From Hypanus sabinus (Eukaryota): DNA of 64,000 nucleotides. The notes below the pieces were generated by a model. That model saw nothing but the letters and a program-made list of their open reading frames with translations, was not told the DNA's origin and made no database searches. Below are positions 53,078 to 64,000 of the stretch, one piece after another. Location of the stretch: positions 142,166,001 through 142,230,000 of the forward strand of contig NC_082710.1 in NCBI RefSeq assembly GCF_030144855.1, read 5' to 3'. Position 1 is the stretch's first letter. The number at the start of each line of letters is the position of its first letter. Position numbers and translations under genes: made by a program.

Positions 53078-55200
53078 GGTGGCGCAGTGGTGTAGGTTGT
53101 GGAGCTGATACCTCACCGGTCCAGGGCCCAAGATTTGGTCCAGATCTCAGGTGTTGCCTATGTGCAGTTCGTAGGTTTTCACAAGTAAAACAAAATGAAG
53201 TTTTTTTATGTTTAATGAAACCAGAAACACATTTTATCTAAAACCTCAACACAAAAGCGTGCTAAAAACCCTTACATAACAACATCATCACTCTTAAAGC
53301 GAACCCCCAACTCAATGTCAGTGGGTGTGAATTATGTACATTTCTCCCAATTACGTTACCTTACACAGGCACAATCCCCCCCCCCCCCACCCAGAATTCA
53401 CTAAGACCTGTGTTGTGACCCTGTTTGGAGCTCGGATGAGCCGCCCAGCTCGGGACCTATGTTCCATGGGTGGACGAACCACTGGGGGCTTCTGGCTCAT
53501 CCAGAGGTGTGTTGACACCCTCATGGTCATGTTGTGACACTAGGGACGTGCCAATGGAATACTCCAAATTTTGATGGGCTGGATTAAGATGATCTACCAA
53601 AATTCGGTCAGGTGTACCCCTCCTATCTATGATAAAAGCCTTTTCTCCCCGTTCCAAACGTGAGATGGGTCTCATAAGGGGGACTAAGTGGATGTTGGTG
53701 TGTGTCAGGACAGATGAAAACCAATGAGGTGGAATGAGGGTGAACAGGAATCAAAGACTGCTGCGCGCCATGATGGGAATTAGGAGTAGGTGAAAAAGAA
53801 TTGACTTTACTGAGGAGGGTTGAATCCTGTTGAAAGGCTGACCAGCTGGTCGGGGCATCAGGAAGTCACCTGGCACTCATAATGGCTGCTCGTATACCAA
53901 CTCAACTGCGGGTCCCCTTACGGAGCAGTTCTGAGAATGAAACACTCACCAGTCAGGGAAGCCCTCAGAACAGCCTTTAAGGAGCAGTGAATCCGTTCAC
54001 ATAGGCCGTTGGTTTACGGGGGATCACCAGGGTTCTGGGCCATCGCAGCCCAGGGGTCTGAAATGAATTGGGGACAATGGTCAGGAGAAATATCAGATGG
54101 GGTGCCAATCCATGCAACCCAGGTACAGATGAGTGCCGAAGGCATGTCTGTTTTGCAGCCAAGGGCATGCTTCTGTCGAGGGCCTTGCTGATCGGGCTTA
54201 TCGAGGTACAGAAAGGAGGAGAATGGTGTGCCGCTGCCTAGCCAAGTGTAAGCTATCAGCCATTTTAGCAAACTCCCTACAGTTCTTCATGGGTGCATCA
54301 GCGAGGACGATGCAAACTTCATCAGACACTTGCTGCAAGAAGAGTTCTTTAAAAATAAAACAAGGATAGTGATTTCCCAGGAGAGTCAGCATGTGACCCA
54401 TTGGCTCCAGTGGCTTAGCATTGCCAAGACCGGTTAAGGAGAGCAACCGTTTGGTGCACTCGGACTCCGAAAGTCCAGAAGTCTGTAAAGGCTGAGTTTT
54501 CAGCAATCAGTACTTACCATTTTCAGGCAGGTGTTCAAGTAGATTCACCACTCTCAGTTGTGGAATTGCTGAGCAATGCCACTACATAATAGAATTTGGT
54601 GTCGTCAGCAGTGACTTCTCAGAGAGTGAGCTGAGCCTCGGCTTGTACAAACCAAGCAACGGCATTTTGCTCCCACAACTCCACCAGTTTCAAAGCAACT
54701 GTATTGGCCGATATTTCCAATGACACCGGAATCGTCCTAGAGCATCGGGGTCACTAGTGTAGATTTTTGCAAATAAAATGAAGGGAGGCTTTTCATGTTT
54801 AATGAAACCCATAACACGATTTATTGAACTCCAAAACCTAAACACAGGAGCATGGGGAAAATCCTTACGTAACATTGCCATCATGTCAGACCAGCCTCTT
54901 AAAGCCAAACCCCAACTCAACGTCAGTGGTTGTGAATTATGTACATTTCTCCTAATCACGTAATCCTGCACGTTTAATGTTCTCCCTGTGGCTACGTGGG
55001 TACCCTCTGATTTCCTCCCATATCCCAAACATGTGTGGATTAGAGTGTGAATTGGCTATTGTAAATTGTCCCCAGTGTGTTGCAAGGGGCAGAATCTGGG
55101 GTGGAGATGACAGGAAGGTGGGGAAAATAAAATGAGATGAGTTTAGGGTTGATGGTTCATGAGGTGGGCTGAAAAAATCCATGATCTGCTGTCTCTAACG
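53078..55200 (+). mobile_element. tRNA-derived HE1-like SINE split by the Gypsy insertion (pieces 53078-53169 and 54971-55200)
   Basis: A box TGGCGCAGTGG; body GTTCTCCCTGTG..TTTCCTCCCATATCCCAAA resumes after the LTR. Confidence 0.7.
53170..54970 (-). mobile_element. Internally deleted Gypsy element (LTR-PBS-gag-integrase-PPT-LTR; protease, RT and RNase H absent)
   Basis: LTRs at about 53170-53365 and 54758-54970 share GTCAGTGG.TGTGAATTATGTACATTTCTCC; PBS TAGTGACCCCGATG (54743-54756) is tRNA-Trp-like; G-run PPT; gag motif WFVQAEAQ; integrase ALICTWVAWIGTPSDISPDHCPQFIS and VDHLNPAH. Confidence 0.88.
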
Positions 55201-55204
55201 ATAA

Positions 55205-55612
55205 ACCTCAGCCTTTTCTCCTTGGAGCGACGGAGGATGAGAGGTGACCTGATAGAGGTGTATAAGATGATAAGAGGCATTGATCATGTGGATAGTCAGA
55301 GGCTTTTTCCCAGGGTTGAAATGGCTAACATGAGGGGGCACAGTTTTAAGGTGCTGAGGAGTAGGTACAGAGGAGATGTCAGGGGTAAGTTTTTTATACA
55401 GAGAGTGGTGAGTGCGTGGAATGGGCTGACAGCGACAGTGATGGAGGCAGGATATGATAGGGTCTTTTAAGAGGCTCCTGGATAAGTACATGGAGCTTAG
55501 AAAAATAGAGGGCTGTGGGTAACCCAAGGGTAATTTCTAAAGTAAGCGCATGTTCAGCACAGCATTATGGGCTGAAGGACCTGCATTGTGCTGTAGGTTT
55601 TCTATGTTTCTA
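55205..55612 (+). mobile_element. CR1 LINE 3' fragment
   Basis: LFSLERRRMRGDLIEVYKMIRGID; same subfamily as 1670-2055. Confidence 0.92.
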
Positions 55613-57424
55613 AACCTATCAAGGTTCTCCAGTCACCGCCCACACTAGAGGCAATGCAGCTGGTAGCACATCTTTGCGCTGTGGCAAGAGACAGGAGCAC
55701 CCAGATGAAATGCTCACAGCCAGAGGGGAAACACACAGATATGACACGGATCACAGCTGACCCCAGGTCACTGGAGCTGTGTAACAGTGCCTCTGAGTGC
55801 TGGACCACACTCAACTCCAGTGTGATTGATATCATTTATAACATTTCCACACTTAGAAGGTGAAAGATCTTTGGAATTCCCACCAGTGCTGAAGCTCAGT
55901 CAATTATTAAATCTTAAACCAAAAGTGACAGAGATTAAATATCCAAAGGCGTTAAGTGATTAGAGGAAATGGTAGGAAGGTGGAGTTGGGTCACAGATTG
56001 ATCTCACTCAGGGGCAGGACAAGCTTAAGACGATAAATAGTCTTCTCCTGAACTTCATCGTCTAATAAATGCAACCTGCTTGATGTGTGAGACCAAGTTT
56101 ATTTGCATTGCTGCCCAGGAGTTGTTGAATGGAAAAAAATTAAAATGAAACAAGATTAGGTTAGAGACAGAGGAGGGTTTTTATGTCTGAATACATCATG
56201 AAACTGCTTTGCATGGTCCCATTGAAAGATCCGCAGCATAATATAAACAGACTTGTAAAGATTCTTTCCTACTGCTATCCAACTCCAGAACCACTGCCCA
56301 GGACATATACTCTTCTCATCCCTACCATACGGAAGAGGGTACAGGAACCATTATCACCTCCATGGATATAATTGTAAAATGACACGTTAGAGCCCAGTCA
56401 GCTAGAAATCTTATTCCCAGGAGCAAATCCCAAATGCTAAGTGAGGTGCTCCCAACATGTCTAAGTGACACCTACCTACATTAATGTATATTCCCTTCAT
56501 TGACCATGCACAGTGCATCGTGAGTGAATGCCAATGACTGGAGTTCCCAATCCCTTAGCAAAGTAACTGCAAGTGAAGTACTTTGGAAATAGAACGACTG
56601 ACAGAATGTGGGAAGTATAACAGCCGTCTTGTGCACGGCAATGGCAAACAGCAACGTGCTAATACCGAGTCAGTCTATCAGAATCAGTTTCATTATCACT
56701 GACATATGTCAAAGAACTTGTTGCCTTGCAGCAGTAGTGCAGTGCAATATGTAAAAATACTGTAAGTTACATAAAATATATATTAAAAATGACTAACACA
56801 AAAAGTGAGCAAACTGTTGAGATCACGTTCATAGGTCCATCCAAAAATCTGACGGTGAAGGGGAAGAGGCTGTTCCCAAAGTGTTGAGTGTAGGCCTTCA
56901 GGCTCCTGTACCTCCTCCAGGTAGTTGTAATGAGAAGAGGATATGTCCTGGATAGTGAGGGTCTTTCATGATAGAAGGCGCCTCACGTGGGACCGCTTTT
57001 TCAAGCTGCTCTCAATGGTAGGGAGGCTTTGGCCACGGTGGTATTGCTAGATGCTACAACCCTGTGCAGATTTTTCCATTGGAGCCTTCAAAGCGGAAGG
57101 TGACACACCTTGTCAGATTGCTCTGCATGGTACTTCTGTAGAAACATGCTAGTCTTTGGTGACATGCCAGATCTCCTCAAACTCAGAACTAAGTATTACC
57201 GCTGGAGTGCCCTCCCCACTTCAATGTTGGCCCCAGGATAGATCTTCTGAGATGGTGCTTCCAGGAACTTGAAGCTTGTTCACGGTTTACAGTGCTAACC
57301 CCTCAATGAGGACTGAGCGTTCTCCTGACTTCCCCTTCCTGAAGTCTACAGTCAGTTCCTTGGTGCTGAGTGCAAGGTTGTTGCCATGATTGTCAAGAGG
57401 CTTGACCCTCTTAGTATATTTATG

Positions 57425-57730
57425 AAGGTTCTCAGTCATCCAGTAGTAAATCAAGGCAACTGGACTTGCTATGCTATCTAAAAAACGTTTTGCCGCTCAT
57501 CCCAGAGGCTTCTTCAGTTCTGATCCATGCTGAGTAGTTTTCCAGCTTATAAACTCTGTGAGTTGTTTGAAGGTATAGCAATCACACAAGGATCATTAAG
57601 AGTCATAGAGGTAATGAGAGGGTCATTAGTCTTATCTTCGCATGAATGAAGCTCTGACCTGTTGTGGAGACACCCGCGGTACAGATGTTAGGGCTGCATT
57701 GTAAGTAGCTGATAGGTGGCAAGTAGCAGT
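57425..57730 (-). mobile_element. Penelope-like element 3' end with hammerhead motif (family B)
   Basis: Minus strand HLSATYNAALTSVPR C-terminus, TATAA, then CTGAAGA-AGCCTCTGGGATGAGCGGC-AAAACGTT (57517 to about 57483). Confidence 0.7.
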
Positions 57731-58619
57731 AGGCTGAGCATGCATCCATGAGGTGGCCTCTGTTGATTACCAGTGATTTATTTTTAATGAAGAGGTAAAC
57801 AAGAGAAAGCAGAAGGTGGTGTGGACCGATAGGTGCTGGTGGGCATTTGGTTGGTGAACTGGATCCATCCCAACTGTACACTCTCCTTCCTCTCCTAACT
57901 GCTGTTTATACATGAATATAATAGCAGCGATACTTTCAGACGAGTTTCTGGGTGTCGCATTTGCATGTGCATTGTTCCGAAGTCTGAACCCCAAAGACGA
58001 TATCTTGAAGAAATACTGTAAGCAGTAGAAACATGGCTTATAATAAATGCTCATTCTGCACAAGTCTCTGAAGCGTATAAAGCTGTTCTCTTGGTGAACA
58101 TTTATTTTCTTCTAGGAGAGCTGCTGATGGTTTTTAAGATAAGGAGATTGTTCTTGCTGTTAGTACAATTCTTATAGTTGAGTGAAAGTAATTGCAGTCT
58201 TCAAAACAATTGAAGAAGTGATAATGTTTGGAAGTAAAATGCATTATGAGTTGAGGAAGCAATGATGTTCAGCCAATTGAAAAATGGGACTTGGAGTCTA
58301 ATGTTCTGTACTTTAGTATGCTGTGGCAATTTGCTGTGTGTAAAGGCCCATTGTCTGAGACATACACAGCATGAGAACAGGCCCATCAGCCCATCAAATC
58401 TTTACTAACCACCATATACATTGTCTTGTCTATGGCTGAAGTGTTGTGCAAGCTACATTTAATTTCTATGTTTACAGCATAAGGATGTTATTGCACAGAC
58501 TGGATGCACACAATCAAATTGAGCTGAAAAATCAGAAGTCAAAACCTCACTCAGTTCTGTCAAACTGCATTTATGCTCATTTTAATTTGATGTTCTCTTT
58601 ACCATGACCTACGACTCAC

Positions 58620-59075
58620 ATGATTCCCTGTGAATGTGGAGCGTCGTAACTTGGCCATTGAGACACACGATAGAAATGCACATCAGGGAGCACTGGTGAT
58701 GCGTCCGTTTGGGCTACCCGGAGAAAACAACGGTAAAAGAACGTTGCATTTGCAATGGCCATAAGATTGACTTCGATGGTACAGAACTGATGGTGCAGTG
58801 CCAATGGCTTTTGGGACCGTCTATTGAAGTAAAACTAGAGGAAAAGAATTTTAACAGATACAAAGGTCTCACTCTAATTAAACAAGGTGGGACAGTGGAC
58901 ACTGGATTGGTTAGTCCTCATCCAGTCAGGAGGGACAGAATACAGGGATATAAATACCACCAAACTAGACATGCTCAAGCATCATCCCTGAAGAAGTTGG
59001 CAGAGTTTGTCATTGAAACGTCGTTTATAATCAATACCTGTGTCTAGCTTGAAGTGCGAGAAGAGCTTATTCATT
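58620..59075 (+). mobile_element. Penelope-like element 3' part: GIY-YIG endonuclease remnant and terminal repeat (family C)
   Basis: IPCECGA..; LGYPEK..CICNGHKIDFDGTELM..IEVKLEEKNFNRYKGLTL; TATAAA near 58948; hammerhead core downstream. Confidence 0.85.
58985..59025 (+). ncRNA. Putative minimal type I hammerhead ribozyme, core intact
   Basis: CTGAAGA (58988-58994), stem II GTTGGCA/TGTCATT, GAAA (59015-59018), palindromic ACGT, GTC cleavage triplet ending at 59022; helix I is very short. Confidence 0.65.
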
Positions 59076-59258
59076 CTCTTTACCATCTCAAGTGAATTAG
59101 GCTGCTATAAGTAAAAGTTAGGCCAAAATTATTGGTATTGGTGGACTCCAGTCATCATCTGACTTGGCACGCTCATACAGTTGGACAATGCCACAGTGTT
59201 GGAGGTGCTGACTTCGCATAACCAAGGCAAGATACCCACACATTCCTTCCCCTGGGTA

Positions 59259-59620
59259 TGTCACGGTCCCGACAGTTAATTCCCCATATTCTCCTAATTC
59301 CCTTTTTACTCCAGCACGCCTGATTCTCATCTAAACCTGCAGCATTAATTTCCCGGCTTTGCATCCACTCATCGCCAGACTGTTGCTTTAGCCAGTGTGG
59401 TAATTCACGTTCCCGGCTGCTTAGGATTGTGTATTCTAAGTTTTACTTCCGTACCGAGGTTTACCTGTGTAACTCTGCCTGTCCGTGTCAAGGTGAGGGT
59501 GTCCTGCTGCCTGCCTTTCCGTTTGCCGTTCAATTCCAGCAACGCTCACGCCCTCATCTGCATCCTAACACTATCTCCATGCCCACGATCCGTGTTTGGG
59601 TTTGCCCGTTCCGTGCAACA
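59259..59620 (+). mobile_element. Solo LTR (362 bp), Gypsy-like
   Basis: TGTCAC...GCAACA ends; perfect TSD GGGTA (59254-59258/59621-59625). Confidence 0.9.
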
Positions 59621-59629
59621 GGGTACACT

Positions 59630-59945
59630 CTGCTTCCTCTGTTTCCATCATTATTTGTTTCCGTGTTCCACCATCCTTTCATATCGAATTCCCTTTGTCA
59701 CCTCCACCTATCATATCCCAGATTCTGTTGCTACCTCCACTCTTTGCTCCTCCAGCATTCCTCACCTGGATCCACCTATTACCTGACAACTCTTGCTCCA
59801 CCCCTTATCCCCATCACTTTAAACTGGCTACTTCCCCCTTTATCTCTCAGTCCAGATGAAGGATCTCAACCTAAAATGTCATCTATGTATTTCCCTCCAT
59901 AGGTGCTGCCGGACCCTTTGAGTTTCTCCAGCATTTACTGGGTTT
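59630..59945 (+). mobile_element. PLE family A pyrimidine-rich UTR and terminal repeat
   Basis: Similar to the reverse complement of 36705-37060; AGTC-CAGATGA-AGGATCTCAACCT-AAAATGTC. Confidence 0.75.
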
Positions 59946-61117
59946 TCACAATGTTAAATATGTCACAGCACTACTTCCAATAAATGTAAGGTAGTCTGCA
60001 ACAAGTACTTATTCCTTCACCCATGTCACCTATCAAAGTTTGTCTGCCTATGACCGCGCTGCTGTATGTGGGAGCTTGCTTTGCACGGAATAACTTTTGT
60101 TTCTTGTGTGACCCATTTCGCCTCCAGAGAAATGAGGCACAGAGAGCTGTGCGAAGTGAGTCTGGATCAGAATCAGGTGTGATGTCACTGGCATGTGTCG
60201 CGAAATTTGTTGTTATGCAGCAGCACTACTCTGCAATACATAATAATACAAACAGGGAAGTCATAGTAAGAAGTATATATACGTATTTGTTTAAGTTAGA
60301 TAAGTAATGCAAAAAGAGAAAAAAAGTAGTGAGGTAATGTAAGTGGGTTCAATGTCCATTTGGAAATCTGATGGCAGAAGGGAAGAAGCTGTTCCTGAGT
60401 CATTAAGTGTGTGCCCACAGGCTCCTGTACCTCCTTCCTGATGGTAGCAATGAGAAGAGGGCACGTCCTGGGTGATGGGGGTCTTTAATAATGGATGCCA
60501 CCTTTTTGAGGCATCGGCCTTTGAAGATGCTGGGGAGGCAAGTGCCCATGCAAAAGCTGACTGAACTTACAACTTTCTGCAGCATATTTCAGTTCTGAGC
60601 AGTGGATCCCTCCCGTACCAGATGGTGATGCTGCCGGTTCGATTGCTTTCCGGGGTGTCAAGTTGGATTGACTGAAGTCAATCCAACCTGGCACTCATGG
60701 TAAGTATGACAGAGATGCAAGTTTCTCCATCTTGATAATATTAGATTAGATCAGTGTCATATTTTGCAGGATGTAATGAAATTCACTGCTCACATGAAGC
60801 TCACAGTGTACACAGCAGTAATAAATACAGCAACAAGTGCAAAACAACAGAATGGTGCAGGAATCTATTGCAATCTGAAACAGTGCAAGAAGAATTGGTG
60901 AAGGACAAAACCAGACTCCCCTGCATGGGCCATCTATGCTTCTCACTGCCTCGGTTGAGTGGTCAACATTGTCAAAGACCTCACCCACCCCAGGCATTCA
61001 CTCTTCTCCCCCTCTCATCGAGCAGAAGATACAAAAATCTGAAAGCACATACCACCAGGCTCATGGATAGACTCTACCCCACTGAAATAAGACTATTGAA
61101 CAGTCACACAAAACAAT

Positions 61118-61760
61118 AAATGGCTGAAAAGAGAAAAATATTTTAATGACTATACTGCTGGTGGCTGGTAAAAAGACTCTTACTGGGAAATGGTTATCAC
61201 AGGAGAGCCCAACCTTAAATGCATGGATGGAAATTACAACGGAGATTTACAAAATGGAGAAGATAACAGTATCTGTTAATCATAAGATGGAACAATTTGA
61301 TTTATACTGGGAAACATGGTTTAACTACATAACACTTCATTGGCCTGATTTTATTCTCACAAATCAATGAATATATTGTAAAAGAAAAATCGCTCCCTAC
61401 TTGTACATAGTTTTCTCCTTTCGCTTGTTCTTTCTTTCCTCTCTTTTCTATAAGCGGATACCTCAGATAAATATTATATGGAGATTTGTGGCATATATGT
61501 ATATGATGTATATGTACAATACCTGAAATACATCTTACTGAAATGTTTAAACAACACACACAAAATGCTGGTGGACGAAAGGTCTCGGCCCGAAACGTCG
61601 ACAGTGCTTCTCCTTATAGATGCTGCCTGGCCTGTTGTGTTCCACCAGCATTTTGTATGTGTTGTTTGGATTTCCAGCATCTGCAGATTCCCTCATGTTT
61701 ACTCTTATGGAAACGTTTGTTCGATGATGAACTTCAATAAAAAATAAATTACAAAAAAAA
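61118..61760 (+). mobile_element. 5'-truncated L1-clade LINE (ORF2 C-terminus, 3' UTR, poly-A)
   Basis: ILLVAGKKTLTGKW..PTLNAW..MEKI..FDLYWETW; AATAAA followed by an A-rich tail at 61736-61761. Confidence 0.8.
61549..61702 (+). mobile_element. Fold-back PLE-derived mini-insertion with partial hammerhead, inside the L1 3' UTR
   Basis: 27-bp inverted arms 61549-61575 and 61641-61667 (26/27 match); GGTCTCGGCCCGAAACGTCGAC; flanking duplication TCTTACTGAAATGTTT/TCTTATGGAAACGTTT. Confidence 0.85.
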
Positions 61761-61957
61761 AGATTGACTCTTGACCTCACCATCTACCTCATTTTGATCT
61801 TGCACCTCATTGTCTACCTACATCGCTCTTCCTCTGCAACTGTTGCATTTTATTCTGCATTCTGTTACTAATCTTCCTTGCACTACTTCAATGCACTGCG
61901 TGATGAATTGTTCTGTATGAATAGTATGAAAAAAACATTTTTCACTGTACCTCAATA

Positions 61958-62360
61958 TCATCACCATTATATGCTGTATCATGTGACATAGGTGATTATA
62001 GTCTTTCCAAGACCACGATTGTTCTTGACAAATTTTTCTACAGAAGTAGTTTGTCATTGCCTTCTTCTGGACAAGTGTTTTTACAAGACAGATGACCCCA
62101 GCCATTATCAATATTCTTCAAAGAATGCCTGCCTAGTGTCAGTGGTTGCAGAACCAGGACTTGTGTTATTCTGCAATTCATCAGCTGCTCATACAACCAT
62201 CCACCACCTGTTTCCGTGGCTTCTTGTAACCCTGAACATGAGGGGGTGGGGGGCGCTAAGCTGGTAGTACATCTTGCCCAAGGATGGCCTGTAGGCTAGC
62301 AGAGGGAAGGAGCACCTTACAACTCCTTTGGTAGAGACATATCTCCACCCTGCCACCTCA
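61958..62360 (-). mobile_element. Unclassified non-autonomous retroelement with RTE-like tail
   Basis: Minus strand CCAGAAGAAGGCAATGACAAACTACTTCTG..AAAATTTGTCAAGAA resembles the RTE/Bov-A-type tail motif. Confidence 0.5.
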
Positions 62361-63384
62361 GGATATGTGATGATAATCAACCAATACCAATTCAAATTCC
62401 AATCCCTAATTGCTCTTGATAATACTCTGATGAGGTGCCTCTTTGAATCACTGTAAACTCTTGGTGAAGGACAGAATTCATGAAATGACGTCAATGAAGA
62501 CCAAAACTGAGCAAGCCACAGCACAGTGATTCCACACAATCTGTGGGCAGATTGATTGAAATGGGCCCTGCAGTATCCACTTCAGAAGCATATTAATGCA
62601 CTGCAGGAACACCATTAAAACCCAGAACACTCATCCACTTGTTTTGACTTCTGCAGTCCATAAACAGATTTCAAACATGTGAGATATTTGTATTAGATAT
62701 TTATCAACCCAGAAACTCTTCTAGAAAAGAACTTGGAAGTTTCAGTGACTTGTTTTTTCATTTTGTTGGTTAAAGAAATTTTTAAGAACTCATTTCTCAG
62801 TGGTTTTGCAAAGTAGGAACCTATTGCTGCTCAGCCTCCTGTGGCTTTGGCCCTGAACTGAGGAACTGATAGCTGCCTACCTGGCCGAGCCATTTGTCAC
62901 AAGGTTGTCTGCATTCTAAAAGTGCCAAAACTGTGGTAGTGAGAGGAGCCATGCCAAGGAGTGATTATCAACAGCAAAGGGGAGGGAGGAGGAAGAGAGA
63001 TAATGGAAGAAAAACATGAATGGAAAAGAGGAAGGAGGGAAGAGCAGAAGGAAAAGGGGCGGTGGGGATCTTCAATTTGCAGACTTTGGGGATCTTTGGG
63101 GATTAGGAGACTTATGTGATTGATCAATCTTGCTAACTGGAATAGTACAAAGGTAGCTTGCCAACCAACTCTAGAACACCAGCTCTATCCCGACTAACAT
63201 TCAGTTTCCTATCTGAATCCTTGTCAACATAATTTTTGCTGTTGTGATTGTCTTCATCTTCGCCTTGCTGTTCCTTCGCAAGCCACTACAGTTGTTTCAT
63301 TCATGTCGACTCATTGCCATTGTCAACATCCGATAGACATTCCCAGTTTGTGTTAATTTTTTATTTTAATTTAGCCCCATTAAT

Positions 63385-63840
63385 GATGGATAAATACAGA
63401 CAGTGCAATCTCTATGAGCCTGAGGGCAGTGAAGCCTTGAATTCTAATCCTGCTAAGAAACGGAAAATACAAAAAGTGGGTCAATACAAAGTTACATACC
63501 TGGAGTATGGTTTTATTCCATTCCCGTCAGATCAGTGACACCCATGTGTCTTATTTGTAATACTGTACTATCTAATGAAACCATGAAACCATCAAGATTG
63601 CAGGAACACTTCCGTAAAAGACACCCTAAAAAGGCTACTTATGGTATTACTCAGTTCCAGAAGATGAAAGAAGCATTTAAAAAGCATTGTGCTCGCGAGT
63701 CAATTGCCAAGAAAGCTAAAATTGACTTTGATAGTGGTTTCATTATATTTATAACATTTCCAAAATGATAGCTAGGTGTGGAAAATCTCGTACAATTGGT
63801 GAAAGATTAATAATGCCTGCTGTATCAGGTGCTCACCACC
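63385..63840 (+). pseudogene. hAT (Buster/Charlie; ZBED5/SCAND3-like) transposase N-terminal fossil
   Basis: QYKVTYLEYGF..PMCLICNTVLSNETMKPSRLQEHFRKRHP (BED finger) and YNISKMIARCGKSRTIGERLIMPAV; stop and frameshifts; truncated by a CR1. Confidence 0.88.
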
Positions 63841-63849
63841 GTTCTCACA

Positions 63850-64000
63850 CATCTTAAAGCACACGGTATTGGGGGTATGGTATTGATGTGGATAGAGAAT
63901 TGGTTGGCAGACAGGAAGCAAAGAGTGGGAGTAAACGGGACCTTTTCAGAATGGCAGGCAGTGACTAGTGGGGTACCGCAAGGCTCAGTGCTGGGACCCC
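63850..64000 (+). mobile_element. CR1 LINE RT fragment running off the window
   Basis: LKAHGIGGMVLMWIENWLADRKQRVGVNGTFSEWQAVTSGVPQGSVLGP. Confidence 0.95.

Overview
This is CpG-depleted vertebrate DNA. The repeat families (CR1, Rex1/Babar, HE1-like and Deu-like SINEs, abundant Penelope terminal repeats) suggest a cartilaginous fish, probably a ray; that assignment is an inference. I can support no host exon, rRNA, tRNA gene or CRISPR array, so the window looks intronic or intergenic and is dominated by decayed, nested transposable elements. Main contents: (1) a Gypsy LTR retrotransposon at 12522-17829 (-) with both LTRs, a tRNA-Leu PBS, a PPT, a near-perfect TSD and a CR1>SINE nest inside; (2) a second, RT-less Gypsy at 53170-54970 (-) with a tRNA-Trp PBS; (3) two solo LTRs with perfect 5-bp TSDs; (4) a near-full-length R4/Dong-clade LINE at 22066-25205 beside a (TA)n tract; (5) Tc1, hAT/Buster, L1-clade, RTE-derived, Rex1 and many CR1 fragments; (6) three distinct Penelope-like element (PLE) families, each with a minimal hammerhead ribozyme motif (CTGANGA-stem II-GAAACGTC). 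The most interesting signal is a set of more than ten tiny hammerhead-bearing or fold-back PLE-derived insertions. Some have their own target-site duplications, and one palindrome has its apex exactly at the predicted self-cleavage site. PLE hammerheads are known in general, so novelty is limited to these families and structures. Family names come from recognised motifs, not database searches. Boundaries without a TSD are approximate.
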